A DNA stretch of 64,000 bases from an uncultured Candidatus Saccharibacteria bacterium (GTDB taxonomy: Bacteria > Patescibacteriota > Minisyncoccia > GWC2-36-17 > CAYHJU01): assembly GCA_964357175.1 (NCBI GenBank), contig CAYHJU010000001.1, positions 32,871 to 96,870 of the forward strand, given 5' to 3'. A model generated the notes under the pieces. The model saw only the letters and a program-made list of their open reading frames with translations. It searched no databases and had not been told where the DNA came from. A program made the position numbers and the translations under genes. Of the stretch, positions 1 to 10,272 are shown piece by piece. Within the stretch, counting starts at the first letter, position 1. Every line of letters begins with the position of its first letter.

Positions 1-5
1 ATGAA

Positions 6-1334
6 TTGTCGTATTTAATCAACAATTTTTCAAACAAAAGCCTTTTCGGTCAAAACAGGGGCAATCCTAGATCTAACTTAATGTGTTTTAATGTCAACAA
101 CATTTCACCCAAACACGATGATCTGAGCCGGCTTTTTGTTACCAAGCCATATTTTTCCGGTTCTGGCGGTCAGGAATCGCAAGCCGATCTTTCTGACGGA
201 TTGAAGGTCGTTGAAAAAACACTAAAGCCCGGAGACTCTATTGGCGTGGGTCTGGTTGTCGGAGACATTTCAGTTGTTGGTACCGGCACCGCTTCGTTTG
301 TTGATGGCAAGACCGTGTGGGCTTTTGGCCATTCAATATTTCAGTTTGGAGAAATTAATTTTCCCATGCTTGCCGCTGAAACTTGGGGCGCAATGTTAGG
401 GCAACCCAAACCTTGGAAAAACACTACCACCGGGGCGGTTATCGGCACATTTACCCAAGACCGCTTGACTGGTGTATATGGCCATCTTGGTCAAATGCCC
501 GATATGATTCCAATGACAGTAAATCTTGAAAGAAATGGCAAGAAACAAACTTTGCATTTCTATATTGTCAGGCAAAAAATGCTGACGCCCGTCCTGGTGG
601 AAAACATCATCGATAATTTACTCACAGAATTTAGCGACACTCAGGAGCTCACCGTCTTTTCTAGAGGCAAGATTTACATCAAGGGTGTTTCGGATAAATC
701 ATTTTATTTTTCAGAGCACGGTGAAGGTTTGGCGAGCGAGATGGGGAATTATTGTGCTAGAGAAATCAGGTTAGCCACTATTCCCAAAGATGATCTCTTT
801 GAGAAAAACGAACCTGCCGAACCTCTAAGGATCGAAGGCATTAACATTGATCTGTCAGTTTCGGAAGGCAACAAGACCTTTAGTGTTGAGGAAATCAAAA
901 ATGGTTCAGATGATGCCATTTTCAACTTAAACTTAAACTATGATCTCGATATCATTCTGAAAAATGGACAAGAACAAAAGACAGTGAGTTTTTCTTTGGC
1001 TATTCCGTATGGATTTAACGGTGAAATCGTAGTTTTGGCGGGTGATGCGGAAGCGATGACAACTTCTTTCGATAAAGAAAATTATCGCCAAAATACAAAA
1101 AGTTCTGAGCGGCAAGATGATTTTAGCACCTTGATTAGGGAATCGTTTAGTGGAGGAAGTTTGTATATTAAGATTTTTTATATTAGCAAAACTTCCGGGT
1201 CGGCATCTTCTGTGATGTTGCGTCCGACAATTCGAATGGAAATTTACGAGGTTTTTCTAGACAATATCGTGGTGGAGGGACAAAGGCATGCCCTCATCAA
1301 TGTAAGTAACACGAATGTAGGTAACACGAAATAA
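6..1334 (+). CDS. SpoIVB/peptidase S55-like protein, probably 5'-partial
   Basis: LKPGDSIGVGLVVGD, GTGTASFVDG..VWAFGHS and IGTFTQDRLTGVYG resemble S55 SpoIVB-like proteases; the frame is open to the window edge. Confidence 0.7.
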   Translation: MSYLINNFSNKSLFGQNRGNPRSNLMCFNVNNISPKHDDLSRLFVTKPYFSGSGGQESQADLSDGLKVVEKTLKPGDSIGVGLVVGDISVVGTGTASFVDGKTVWAFGHSIFQFGEINFPMLAAETWGAMLGQPKPWKNTTTGAVIGTFTQDRLTGVYGHLGQMPDMIPMTVNLERNGKKQTLHFYIVRQKMLTPVLVENIIDNLLTEFSDTQELTVFSRGKIYIKGVSDKSFYFSEHGEGLASEMGNYCAREIRLATIPKDDLFEKNEPAEPLRIEGINIDLSVSEGNKTFSVEEIKNGSDDAIFNLNLNYDLDIILKNGQEQKTVSFSLAIPYGFNGEIVVLAGDAEAMTTSFDKENYRQNTKSSERQDDFSTLIRESFSGGSLYIKIFYISKTSGSASSVMLRPTIRMEIYEVFLDNIVVEGQRHALINVSNTNVGNTK

Positions 1335-1342
1335 TTTTTTAT

Positions 1343-1369
1343 AACCCCCCACCTTAAAGGTGGGGGGTT
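1343..1369. terminator. Hairpin between convergent genes
   Basis: AACCCCCCACCT-TAA-AGGTGGGGGGTT followed by T-rich sequence. Confidence 0.6.
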
Positions 1370-1406
1370 CTTTTATTTTTAGATGGGTCCAGAACAAAAG
1401 GGCAGA

Positions 1407-1456
1407 CCTGTCTGCCGGCCCGCTTCGCCGAAGCCTCAGTGGGGTGAGTGGGCAGG
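1407..1456. repeat. Degenerate CCTGCCTGCCGGCAGGCAGG palindrome split by a second (CTTCGCCGAAGC-type) repeat
   Basis: cctgtctgccggc (1407-1419) and ggcagg (1451-1456) flank ccgcttcgccgaagcctcagtgggg. Confidence 0.55.
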
Positions 1457-1457
1457 G

Positions 1458-2192
1458 TTAATTTGCCAAAACTGCCGCTATGATTTTTCCGGCGCCGCCA
1501 ATTTTGAGCGCCTTGGCGCATGCGTCAAGCGTTGCGCCTGTTGTTAAGATGTCATCTATTAGCAAAATATTTTTATTTTTCAAGTCAGAGCCGGAGCTTA
1601 CTTGGAATGCGCCTTCCATATTTTTTAATCTCTCGTCTTTATTTTTTATTTGAGCTTGAGGAGAGGTATTTTTTATTCTTTTTAAAGATGTGACGTCCAA
1701 AAAAATATTAAAATATTCAGAAACTATTTTGGCTATAAGAAAAGATTGATTGAATCCACGCGACCTTTCTTTTTTAGGATGTAGCGGCACAGGCACCATG
1801 ACCCAAGAATTTTTTTCTTCTGGGGAAATTGTGTGCACGAAATTTTCCAATGATCCAATTATTAAAGAACTTAAAAGCTGGTTAAGTTCGTGGATGTTTT
1901 TATATTTGTATTCTTGAATCGTTTCTTTTAAAACGGGATCGCTGTAATTCGCGGCCACAAAGACACACCGAATTCTGTTTTTAGGATGGCACAAAAAATT
2001 GTTTTGGCTAAAATTTTCTACAGGCAGCCTTTTTCTGCAGGAAAAACAAATCGGCGCGTTAAATACTTGAATTTTCTCGCTACATTTTTCACACAGAGCC
2101 GCGCCTTCTTTTTGGCAACCGATACATTTTACCGGAATTAAAAAATCAAGCAAAAATTTTTTTAATTGAACGATAGATTTTTTATCTTCCAT
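1458..2192 (-). CDS. comF: ComF family competence protein (Zn ribbon + PRTase)
   Basis: CxxC pairs, VPVPLH..K..SRGFNQS, ILLIDDILTTGATL. Confidence 0.9.
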   Translation of the reverse strand: MEDKKSIVQLKKFLLDFLIPVKCIGCQKEGAALCEKCSEKIQVFNAPICFSCRKRLPVENFSQNNFLCHPKNRIRCVFVAANYSDPVLKETIQEYKYKNIHELNQLLSSLIIGSLENFVHTISPEEKNSWVMVPVPLHPKKERSRGFNQSFLIAKIVSEYFNIFLDVTSLKRIKNTSPQAQIKNKDERLKNMEGAFQVSSGSDLKNKNILLIDDILTTGATLDACAKALKIGGAGKIIAAVLAN

Positions 2193-2268
2193 AACAATAT
2201 GTATATTTTACGTATTTTGTGATATAATAAACCTTGAAAGTCTAATTATCAAGAAAAAATCTTATTTT

Positions 2269-3363
2269 ATGGTTTGGTCTTTATTTGGATTTAGTAAAGA
2301 AAATTATTTGGGCGTAGATTTTGGCGAAAGCTCTATAAAGATAGTTGAATTGGAAGATAGCAAGGGCGCGCCATTTCTTAAAAACTATGCCGTGGCATCT
2401 TTAATTGATGTGCCTGAAAATTTAAATGGCGCACCTTCTCATAAGCCATTTTTCTCTGAAAATCAGTATGCCAAAACCGTGGGATCAATTTTAGATAAAT
2501 TGAACATTAAAGCCAAAAAGGCGTTTTTTTCTTTGCCCATATATCCCAGCTTTTCAACCACCATAGAGATACCGCTAATGTCAGAAAAAGAAATGGATCA
2601 GGCGGTTCCGCTGGAGGCGCGCAAGTATGTGCCGATTCCTCTGAATGAAGTGGTTTTGGATTGGAATTTTTTAGGAAAGACACGAAGTGATTCTACAGAG
2701 AAGATGCGTATTTTTATAGTTGCCGTTCCTAACAACATAGTGCAAAGCTATATAAGTATAGCTCATCAAAACAAATTGAAGGTTGAGGCCATGGAGCTTG
2801 AAACGTTTAGTTCTGCCAGAGCAGTATTAGGCCCTAACGAAGAACGTCCAGTAATGATAGTGGATATTGGAGCAAATTCTACCGATGTGGCCATAAGCTA
2901 TAAGGGGCAGGTGGAAATGAGTCACAATTTTGAGATTTCAGGATTTAACTTTACTTATGCTATAGCTAAAAGTTTAAACATAGATATTAATCGCGCGGAA
3001 CAGCTAAAAAGAAGCGCGGGACTCCTGGGAGGCGGGGGAGAACAAGAGCTTTCTTCCATAATGTTTCCCTTGCTGGATGCCGTCATAGAAGAAATAAGGC
3101 GCGCCGCGGCAAATTATGAACAAAAATATGGCCGCCCCATTAAAAAGGTTATCCTTGCAGGAGGATCTGCCAATCTCAAGGGTTTAATAAATTATTTTGT
3201 GAAACAATTAAATATAGAGGTGGGGTTGGCCAATCCGTTTTTATCAATAAAGTATCAGCCAGCGCTTGAAAAGACGCTTCGAGAACTTGGCCCAGAACTT
3301 GCGGTGGCTTGCGGACTGGCGCTTAAGGGGTTTGCGGCTAAGCGTCAAAAGCAAGAGAAGTGA
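2269..3363 (+). CDS. pilM: Type IV pilus assembly protein PilM
   Basis: LGVDFGESSIK, EARKYVPIP, VDIGA..T, ILAGGSANL actin-like fold; first gene of the pil cluster. Confidence 0.92.
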   Translation: MVWSLFGFSKENYLGVDFGESSIKIVELEDSKGAPFLKNYAVASLIDVPENLNGAPSHKPFFSENQYAKTVGSILDKLNIKAKKAFFSLPIYPSFSTTIEIPLMSEKEMDQAVPLEARKYVPIPLNEVVLDWNFLGKTRSDSTEKMRIFIVAVPNNIVQSYISIAHQNKLKVEAMELETFSSARAVLGPNEERPVMIVDIGANSTDVAISYKGQVEMSHNFEISGFNFTYAIAKSLNIDINRAEQLKRSAGLLGGGGEQELSSIMFPLLDAVIEEIRRAAANYEQKYGRPIKKVILAGGSANLKGLINYFVKQLNIEVGLANPFLSIKYQPALEKTLRELGPELAVACGLALKGFAAKRQKQEK

Positions 3364-3465
3364 TCTTGACGCCTTACTGTTTTAATCTTAATTGTGTTAT
3401 AATTAGTATAGATATTAATGGCTAAATATAAGTACTAGATTCTAACTCCTAAATTCTAAATTATT

Positions 3466-3996
3466 ATGATTGACGTTTCACTTATACCTAAAGAGGCACC
3501 AAAATCATTTCCTATAAATAAGCTGTTTTCTTGGATTTCTCTTTTAGTTTTAATTATATCTGTCGTTGCGGGCGGGCTTATTGTCTTTATGCTCATATCT
3601 TCTAAGAATAATTTGGTCCAGCTCAATCAACAACTCCAGGAATTAGATAAAAATATAAATTCTCAACAAGAAACTATTCAGTTTGCCCAATCGGTTTTAG
3701 TAGCCGATCAAATTATTAGTAGCCACAAATACCCCAGCAGACTCATGGATTTTCTGGAGAAAAACACGAATATGTTTATACAGTGGACAAGCTTGAATGT
3801 TGATCTTTCCAACAAAACCGTTGATTTAAATGGTAGGGCACACGACCTTCTGGCTGTGGCTCAACAGATAAAACGCCTGGAAAACTCTAAGGTTGTTTCT
3901 GGTATTAAATTGGGAAGCGTGGCATCAGAAAACAATGGCGTCTCTTTTAAATTGAACTTTTCTTTAGACGGCAGCATTTTGTCTGTTAGGTATTAA
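3466..3996 (+). CDS. pilN: PilN-like protein
   Basis: N-terminal IDVSLIP motif, single TM, coiled coil; follows pilM. Confidence 0.7.
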   Translation: MIDVSLIPKEAPKSFPINKLFSWISLLVLIISVVAGGLIVFMLISSKNNLVQLNQQLQELDKNINSQQETIQFAQSVLVADQIISSHKYPSRLMDFLEKNTNMFIQWTSLNVDLSNKTVDLNGRAHDLLAVAQQIKRLENSKVVSGIKLGSVASENNGVSFKLNFSLDGSILSVRY

Positions 3997-4021
3997 AATA
4001 AATTTTCAATAATTTCAAATT

Positions 4022-4552
4022 ATGCAAAAAATAACAACAGCTATCACAACCCTTGGTCTTGCCGTGATCGTCATTTTTGGGGTTTTGTGGCCAGCATATA
4101 AAATACTGAATAATTTAAAAGGAGAAATAAGTAATATTAATGATGCTATAGCGCAAAAAAATCAAGAGATGGAATCTCTGAAGTTTTTTTCGCAAAGGAT
4201 GAAAGAAATGGATCCGGCTCAAGTGAATCGTATCAATGCGCTGGCTCCTGCGCAAAGCCAGCCAGATCTTATTGCTGAAGTGAACGGCATGGCTTTGGCG
4301 AGCGGCCTGTCCATAAACACATTTAGTGAAACGCCCTTGGAGACTCAGACAGGAGGACCACTAAAGCAGTCGAGAGTAGAGATTTCTTTTAAAAGCGATT
4401 ACGCTAATTTAAAAAGATTTTTAAGTAATATGGAATTGAGCGCTCGGCTCTTTGAGTTGTCTGGCCTGTCTTTGAAAGCCGCGGGCGTTGAATTAGGGAA
4501 GGGCCAGTTGCCTCTTGATGTAAAAACTAATTTTGATATTTATTACAAATAA
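4022..4552 (+). CDS. pilO: PilO-like protein
   Basis: N-terminal TM, coiled coil, YANLKRFL..ME.SARL; position after pilN. Confidence 0.75.
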   Translation: MQKITTAITTLGLAVIVIFGVLWPAYKILNNLKGEISNINDAIAQKNQEMESLKFFSQRMKEMDPAQVNRINALAPAQSQPDLIAEVNGMALASGLSINTFSETPLETQTGGPLKQSRVEISFKSDYANLKRFLSNMELSARLFELSGLSLKAAGVELGKGQLPLDVKTNFDIYYK

Positions 4553-4565
4553 TTCGAATTTATTT

Positions 4566-4865
4566 ATGCCAAATTCAGAAATTTATAATATTAAAGGTAA
4601 TAGTGTATCGAATTTATTAATAATCCTCGTGATTGCCATAAGTGTGGTAGCGGCAGGAATATTTTTTCTGCCCCAATTAGTAGAATCTTATTTTTCTTAT
4701 GACCCGTCTTTGGTGGTTATAAGCCCAACCCTTTTGTTGCCAAAAAGTGGTGATAAAATTGTATCTAATGAGAGACAGCTAAATGATTTCCAATTGCCAC
4801 AAGGCATACCCCTCAATATAACGGAAAGTATTTTTGGACGAGCCAATCCCTTTGCTCCTTTATAG
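4566..4865 (+). CDS. Small membrane protein (PilP-position; C-terminal GRANPF)
   Basis: Single TM, GR.NPF motif, between pilO and pilB; ATG at 4566 preferred. Confidence 0.55.
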   Translation: MPNSEIYNIKGNSVSNLLIILVIAISVVAAGIFFLPQLVESYFSYDPSLVVISPTLLLPKSGDKIVSNERQLNDFQLPQGIPLNITESIFGRANPFAPL

Positions 4866-4874
4866 GTATAGTTT

Positions 4875-6617
4875 ATGACTAAAGAAAATAACTTTTTAAA
4901 TTATTTAACAAGCCAGGACAAATTAAGCGAGGCCAATTTAAAATCGGCCAGCGAAGAGGCGTCAAAAAACAGCCAGAATATAGAAGATGTTTTAATAGAA
5001 AAAAAATATTTGTCCGAACAGGAGCTTTATCAGCTTAAGGCTGATTTTTTAAATCTTGAATTAAGGTTTTTTTCAGAAACAGACACCATACCTTTTGACA
5101 TTTTGGCTTTAGTCTCACAAGAAGCGGCGGTCCAATACAAATTTATTCCACTCAATCGCACAGACGAGTATTTGCAGGCGGGAATGGTCCGCCCGGAAGA
5201 TTTTAAATCACAAGAAGCCCTGCACTTTATTGCGGCGCGGCTTGGCTTAAAAACAAAAGTGTTTTTAATAACGCCGCAGAGTTTCAATAACGCGCTGAAG
5301 CAATATCAAAGCTTGACGGGAGAAGTTAGCACTGCATTGGAAAAAATGACAGCCGAGCTTAAAGACGAAGAGATTGCGGATTTTCAGGAAAGTGGAAAAC
5401 AAAAAGACATTTCTTTGGTGCTTGAGGAGGCGCCCATCACAAAGGTTGTGGGGGTTGTGTTAAAGCACGCTGTTGAAGGTAGGGCCTCGGATATTCATAT
5501 TGAGCCGTTTCAGGACAGGATTCGTGTAAGATTTAGAGTAGACGGTGTTTTGTCCACCAGCCTTTTTTTACCCAAGGACGTGCTTTTGCAAATTGTGTCC
5601 CGTATAAAAATATTATCCGGACTGCAAATAGATGAAACTCGCAAGCCACAAGATGGAAGATTTCAAACTAAAATTAATGGCCGCGAGATAGATTTTCGTG
5701 TGTCTGTATTTCCCACTTCAAAAGGAGAAAAGGTGGCCATTCGCGTTTTGGATTCTTTAGTTGGAATTTCCACTTTTCTTGAGCTGGGTCTACAAGGCAG
5801 GAACGCCAAAAAAGTTCTTGAAGGCCTACAAAAACCTTTCGGATTGATAGTTAACACAGGTCCGACTGGTTCGGGCAAGTCTACCACTTTGTATGCCATG
5901 ATGCTCAAGCTCAACCAAGAGGGCGTTAATATAGTCAGCTTGGAAGATCCAGTAGAATATTTGCTTGAGGGCGTAAATCAATCCCAAGTAAGGCCAGAGC
6001 TGGGGTATGATTTTGCTTCAGGCCTTCGAAGTATTTTGCGCCAAGATCCGGACATTATAATGCTCGGAGAGGTGAGGGATAGAGAAACCGCGGGACTGGT
6101 CGTGCACGCCGCTTTGACGGGCCATATCGTTTTATCAACTCTTCACACCAACAATGCCATTGGCGCTATCCCGCGCCTTATAGACATGGGAGTGGAACCG
6201 TTTCTTATCCCGTCTTCGTTAACTATGGTGCTCGCTCAACGTTTAGTTAAAAAGCTGTGTGATTATTGTAAAGCTCCCATAAAGCCAATAGGCGAACTAA
6301 AGGATTTAGTAGAAGAGGCTATGTCGTCTTTTTCCGCGGAAGAATTAAAGGAGTTTGGTGTTGATGCTAAACAGATTTTTGAATCCAAGGGTTGCAAAAA
6401 ATGCGCAGGCAAAGGCACCAGGGGGCGCGTGGCGATTTATGAAATTTTAATGATGACGCCCCAGCTGGAAGAGATAATTTTGACAGAACCTTCCTCAGGT
6501 AAAATTGAGACAGAAGCTAAACGCCAGGGCATGGTTTCTATGAAGCACGATGGTATAATTAAGGCTCTGCAGGGGTTAGTTAGTTTGGAAGAAGTAATGA
6601 GGGTGGTTGAAGAATAA
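4875..6617 (+). CDS. pilB: Type IV pilus extension ATPase PilB/GspE
   Basis: ASDIHIEP, GPTGSGKSTT, LRQDPDIIMLGEVRD, two CxxC Zn motifs. Confidence 0.95.
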   Translation: MTKENNFLNYLTSQDKLSEANLKSASEEASKNSQNIEDVLIEKKYLSEQELYQLKADFLNLELRFFSETDTIPFDILALVSQEAAVQYKFIPLNRTDEYLQAGMVRPEDFKSQEALHFIAARLGLKTKVFLITPQSFNNALKQYQSLTGEVSTALEKMTAELKDEEIADFQESGKQKDISLVLEEAPITKVVGVVLKHAVEGRASDIHIEPFQDRIRVRFRVDGVLSTSLFLPKDVLLQIVSRIKILSGLQIDETRKPQDGRFQTKINGREIDFRVSVFPTSKGEKVAIRVLDSLVGISTFLELGLQGRNAKKVLEGLQKPFGLIVNTGPTGSGKSTTLYAMMLKLNQEGVNIVSLEDPVEYLLEGVNQSQVRPELGYDFASGLRSILRQDPDIIMLGEVRDRETAGLVVHAALTGHIVLSTLHTNNAIGAIPRLIDMGVEPFLIPSSLTMVLAQRLVKKLCDYCKAPIKPIGELKDLVEEAMSSFSAEELKEFGVDAKQIFESKGCKKCAGKGTRGRVAIYEILMMTPQLEEIILTEPSSGKIETEAKRQGMVSMKHDGIIKALQGLVSLEEVMRVVEE

Positions 6618-6638
6618 GATCTAATATTTAATTTTTGA

Positions 6639-6658
6639 CCTGCCTGCCGGCAGGCAGG
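6639..6658. repeat. 20-bp perfect palindrome CCTGCCTGCCGGCAGGCAGG
   Basis: Exact palindrome, identical to the copy at 18480-18499. Confidence 0.9.
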
Positions 6659-6676
6659 GATTTAAACTTGAAATCT

Positions 6677-7060
6677 ATGGCAAAAGAAAAACAACACATT
6701 CTCTTGGTAGAGGACGATCCATTTTTGTCCGATATTTATTCTACGAAATTGGAAAGCGCCGGGTTTGGCTTGTCTGTGGCCTATGATGGGGAAGAGGTTT
6801 TTAAAAAAATTGAAGAAAAGACTCCTGAATTGATACTTTTGGATATAGTGTTGCCGAAAATGGACGGCTTTGAAGTTTTAAAAAAATTAAAATCTGACTT
6901 GAGGTTCAACAAAATTCCCGTGATCTTACTCACCAATTTGGGCCAGAAGGAAGATATAGATAAGGGCATGAGCTTGGGCGCGCAGGATTATTTAATAAAA
7001 GCCAATTTTATTCCATCGGAGATAGTAGAAAAAATTAAATGTTTTTTAAAAAGTAACTAA
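6677..7060 (+). CDS. Single-domain response regulator (receiver)
   Basis: ILLVEDD, ILLDIVLPKMDG, LTN, DYLIK; ATG 6677 preferred because the upstream extension translates the palindrome. Confidence 0.9.
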   Translation: MAKEKQHILLVEDDPFLSDIYSTKLESAGFGLSVAYDGEEVFKKIEEKTPELILLDIVLPKMDGFEVLKKLKSDLRFNKIPVILLTNLGQKEDIDKGMSLGAQDYLIKANFIPSEIVEKIKCFLKSN

Positions 7061-7068
7061 AAATATTT

Positions 7069-8139
7069 ATGAGCACCACAGAAGAAGAATTAAACGATTT
7101 GCTTTTTACAACGCTTAAGGAAAATGCGTCTGATTTACATTTGTCAGTCGGGCGTTATCCGACTTTGCGCGTTGATGGGTCTTTGTTGCCACTTACGCAA
7201 AAACCTATTTTAAATGGTGAAATGATAGAAAAAATAGCCACGGCCTTTATTACATCGGAACAAAAAGAGATGCTTTTTAGGGAAAGAGAGCTGGACTTGG
7301 CATATGACTTTAAGGGCAAGGCGCGTTTTCGTGTGAATATGTATTTTAATCAAGGCGCCATCGCGATTGCCTTACGCTTAATCACAGCCAAGGTACGCAC
7401 CATTGATGAGCTTGGTCTGCCCTCGATTTTACACAGATTTACCGATCTCAAGCAGGGATTTTTCCTCGTGGTGGGACCTTCGGGAAATGGCAAATCTACC
7501 ACTTTGGCGGCCATGGTGGACGAAATTAATCACAAAAGAGCGGAGCACATTATAACCATAGAAGATCCCGTGGAGTATATTTTTGAACAGGATTTATCGA
7601 TAATCAATCAAAGAGAGGTTGGGCGGGACACGATAAGTTTTCACGGCGCGCTAAGAGCTTCTTTGCGAGAAGATCCCAATGTCATCATGGTGGGTGAAAT
7701 GCGCGACGCGGAAACGATGTCTACTGCCATTACAGCGGCAGAAACCGGACATTTGGTGCTTTCTACGCTCCACACAAACAACGCTTCTCAAACCATAGAC
7801 CGTATCATAGACAGCTTTCCGGCCGAACAACAGGACCAGGTGAGAGCGCAACTTGCCGCCACTTTGGTGGGTGCAATATCGGAAAGATTGTTGCCGCGTA
7901 TTCGCGGGGGCAGGATTCCTGCCTATGAGATTATGGTGGCAAATTCTGCGGTAAAATCATTGATTCGTGAAAATAAGGTTCATCAACTGGATTTAGTCAT
8001 TGAAACCGGCGCCGAAGAAGGGATGATTTCTTTAAATAGGTCTTTAGCAAATTTAGTAAAAAGTGGAGAGGTGACTCTTTCTGCCGCAGAGCTTTATTCT
8101 TTAAATAGAAAAGAATTTCTTGCGCTCGTAGGAAAATAA
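7069..8139 (+). CDS. pilT: Pilus retraction ATPase PilT
   Basis: ASDLHL, GPSGNGKSTT, SLREDPNVIMVGEMRD, AETGHLVLSTLHT. Confidence 0.95.
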   Translation: MSTTEEELNDLLFTTLKENASDLHLSVGRYPTLRVDGSLLPLTQKPILNGEMIEKIATAFITSEQKEMLFRERELDLAYDFKGKARFRVNMYFNQGAIAIALRLITAKVRTIDELGLPSILHRFTDLKQGFFLVVGPSGNGKSTTLAAMVDEINHKRAEHIITIEDPVEYIFEQDLSIINQREVGRDTISFHGALRASLREDPNVIMVGEMRDAETMSTAITAAETGHLVLSTLHTNNASQTIDRIIDSFPAEQQDQVRAQLAATLVGAISERLLPRIRGGRIPAYEIMVANSAVKSLIRENKVHQLDLVIETGAEEGMISLNRSLANLVKSGEVTLSAAELYSLNRKEFLALVGK

Positions 8140-8142
8140 TTC

Positions 8143-8283
8143 ACCCTGTTAAATAATTGAAAATTTTATATAAAATTTGAAATTAAAATTTGTCACTCAA
8201 ACATTTTTAAAACATTTAAGAAAATAACTAAAAATATAAAATACTACCCAGTTTAGATAGAAGCAAATTTTATTTAACAGGGT
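8143..8283. mobile_element. MITE-like element, family A (ACCCTGTTAAATA terminal inverted repeats)
   Basis: accctgttaaata 8143-8155 and tatttaacagggt 8271-8283. Confidence 0.6.
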
Positions 8284-8291
8284 AAAAATCT

Positions 8292-9497
8292 ATGAGATTT
8301 GCATACGAAGCTAAAACTCAAGAAGGGCAGTCACAAAAAGGCGCTATCGACGCCGGGAGCGTTGAGGCGGCAGTAGATATTTTACAGCAAAGAAGACTCA
8401 TAGTGATAAAAGTTTCCGCTACTTCGGAGACGCCCTTTAATTTGTCATTGAAAGATGTTATAGGCAGAGTTAGCAAAAAAGACATAGCAATTTTTTCTCG
8501 TCAGGTGGCAACACTATTTGAAGCAAAAGTTCCCATTGTGGAATCATTAAAAACTTTATCTGAACAAGAAGACAAAAAGAAATTAAGAGACGTGATCGAT
8601 AGTTTGGCCTATGAGGTGGAAAGCGGCACACCGCTTTCGAAGGCTCTGTTGAAACATCCAGATGTTTTTTCCAATTTTTTCATTCAAGTGGTTCGTTCTG
8701 GTGAGGCCTCAGGAAAGCTGGGCGATGTGTTCAAATATTTGGCGGATTATTTAGAAAGAGATGTAGCGGTGCGCCAGAAAATCAAGGGCGCTCTTATTTA
8801 TCCCGCTTTCATATTAGTTGCGATGGCGGTGGTAATGGTTATTCTAATGACTTATGTTGTGCCTCAAATCAGCGCTATTTTAAAGGATCTGGGACAGACC
8901 CTGCCTTTAATAACGCTGGTGGTTGTGAGTATTAGTAATTTCGTCGCGTCTTTTTGGTGGCTAATTGCCATAATCTTTGGGACTCTTTTGATTTTTGGGT
9001 GGCGCTATATCCACACCAAAGATGGTAAGGCGGTCTGGGATAAATTAATTCTGGATTTTCCTATTATCGGAAATTTATTGCAGAAGACTTATATGATGCG
9101 TTTTGCCGAAACCCTGTCTTTGCTATTGGAAGGCGGCTTGCCTCTGCCGCAGTCATTGGAAATAACTTCAGATATGATAGACAATGAAGTTTATAGAGCT
9201 GTTTTAAATGATTCCGTAAAAGCCGTTCGTGAGGGATCGCAAATGAGCACTGTTTTGCGCCAAAGCGCGTATGTGCCGAAACTCGTTTCGCAAATGGTGA
9301 TGGTCGGAGAAAACACTGGTCGCATAGAGGATATGTTGCGCCATGTCTCCAAATTTTTTGCGAGTGAGGTAGATTCGGCAATTTCAGGATTGACCGCCAC
9401 CATAGAACCGATCTTGATAGTTGTCATAGGCGCTGGAGTGGGCGTTATAGTCGTTAGTATCATTATGCCTATTTATAATATTGCCGGATCGTTTTAA
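8292..9497 (+). CDS. pilC: Type II secretion/type IV pilus platform protein PilC/GspF
   Basis: FSRQ.ATL, GE.SG.L, ALIYP, GE.TG, IEP..IV: two T2SSF domains. Confidence 0.95.
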   Translation: MRFAYEAKTQEGQSQKGAIDAGSVEAAVDILQQRRLIVIKVSATSETPFNLSLKDVIGRVSKKDIAIFSRQVATLFEAKVPIVESLKTLSEQEDKKKLRDVIDSLAYEVESGTPLSKALLKHPDVFSNFFIQVVRSGEASGKLGDVFKYLADYLERDVAVRQKIKGALIYPAFILVAMAVVMVILMTYVVPQISAILKDLGQTLPLITLVVVSISNFVASFWWLIAIIFGTLLIFGWRYIHTKDGKAVWDKLILDFPIIGNLLQKTYMMRFAETLSLLLEGGLPLPQSLEITSDMIDNEVYRAVLNDSVKAVREGSQMSTVLRQSAYVPKLVSQMVMVGENTGRIEDMLRHVSKFFASEVDSAISGLTATIEPILIVVIGAGVGVIVVSIIMPIYNIAGSF

Positions 9498-9531
9498 ATT
9501 AAAAATTTAAAGTGAAAAACTAAAAATATTT

Positions 9532-10044
9532 ATGATGAACAAAAAAAATAAAGGCTTTACCCTGCTCGAGCTTTTGGTGGTTATCGTTATCATTGGGCTT
9601 GTCTCTACGATAACCCTCACCTTTATTTATATGTCTAAAAATCGCGCTAAAAAATCGCGCATTGTATCCAATTTAGACCAAGTCAGAAAAACGGCCGAAC
9701 TTTTTTATAACGGTAATAATTATAGCTATATGGGCTTGAGTGATGCGCCGGACATATTGATTCTTAGGGAGGATGTGGTTAAGCAGGGTGGTCAGCTAAA
9801 TATTTATCCTAGCGTTGATTCCTATGTGGCTTATAGCGCGTATCCAGGCGCGGAAAACAACCATTATTGGTGTACAGATAGTCAAGGAAACTCAAAGGAT
9901 GTGACGGGCTATCCTTCGGGTAGCTGTAATAGTACGGGGGCCTGCCCTCCGGGCCAGACGAATCCATATGGGCAGTATCGATTTAGATCCGGCTGTGTGC
10001 GCGTTTCAGGATGTGGCACCAGCACATGCTCTTTGCCTTACTAA
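9532..10044 (+). CDS. Type IV pilin with Cys-rich C-terminus
   Basis: KG|FTLLELLVVIVII prepilin motif; WCTDS motif; extra C-terminal Cys. Confidence 0.85.
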   Translation: MMNKKNKGFTLLELLVVIVIIGLVSTITLTFIYMSKNRAKKSRIVSNLDQVRKTAELFYNGNNYSYMGLSDAPDILILREDVVKQGGQLNIYPSVDSYVAYSAYPGAENNHYWCTDSQGNSKDVTGYPSGSCNSTGACPPGQTNPYGQYRFRSGCVRVSGCGTSTCSLPY

Positions 10045-10119
10045 ATGAAATGTATTTTGATGATTTTATAAACTGGTGTATAATTAGAGCAAGGAAATAA
10101 TTTACGATTTTTAATTTTT

Positions 10120-10173
10120 ACCCTGTTAAATAGAACATAGTTCTAATTTGCGAAGCAAATTATTTAACAGGGT
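10120..10173. mobile_element. MITE-like element, family A (short form)
   Basis: accctgttaaata...tatttaacagggt with internal atttGCGAAGCaaat hairpin. Confidence 0.6.
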
Positions 10174-10272
10174 GGAAATCCAATAAATCCTAAAAGGTCG
10201 GTCGCTTATTCGCTTTAAAAACGAATAAGAAGAAATGAAAATTATTTATAACTCTAATTTAAACTAAACAAT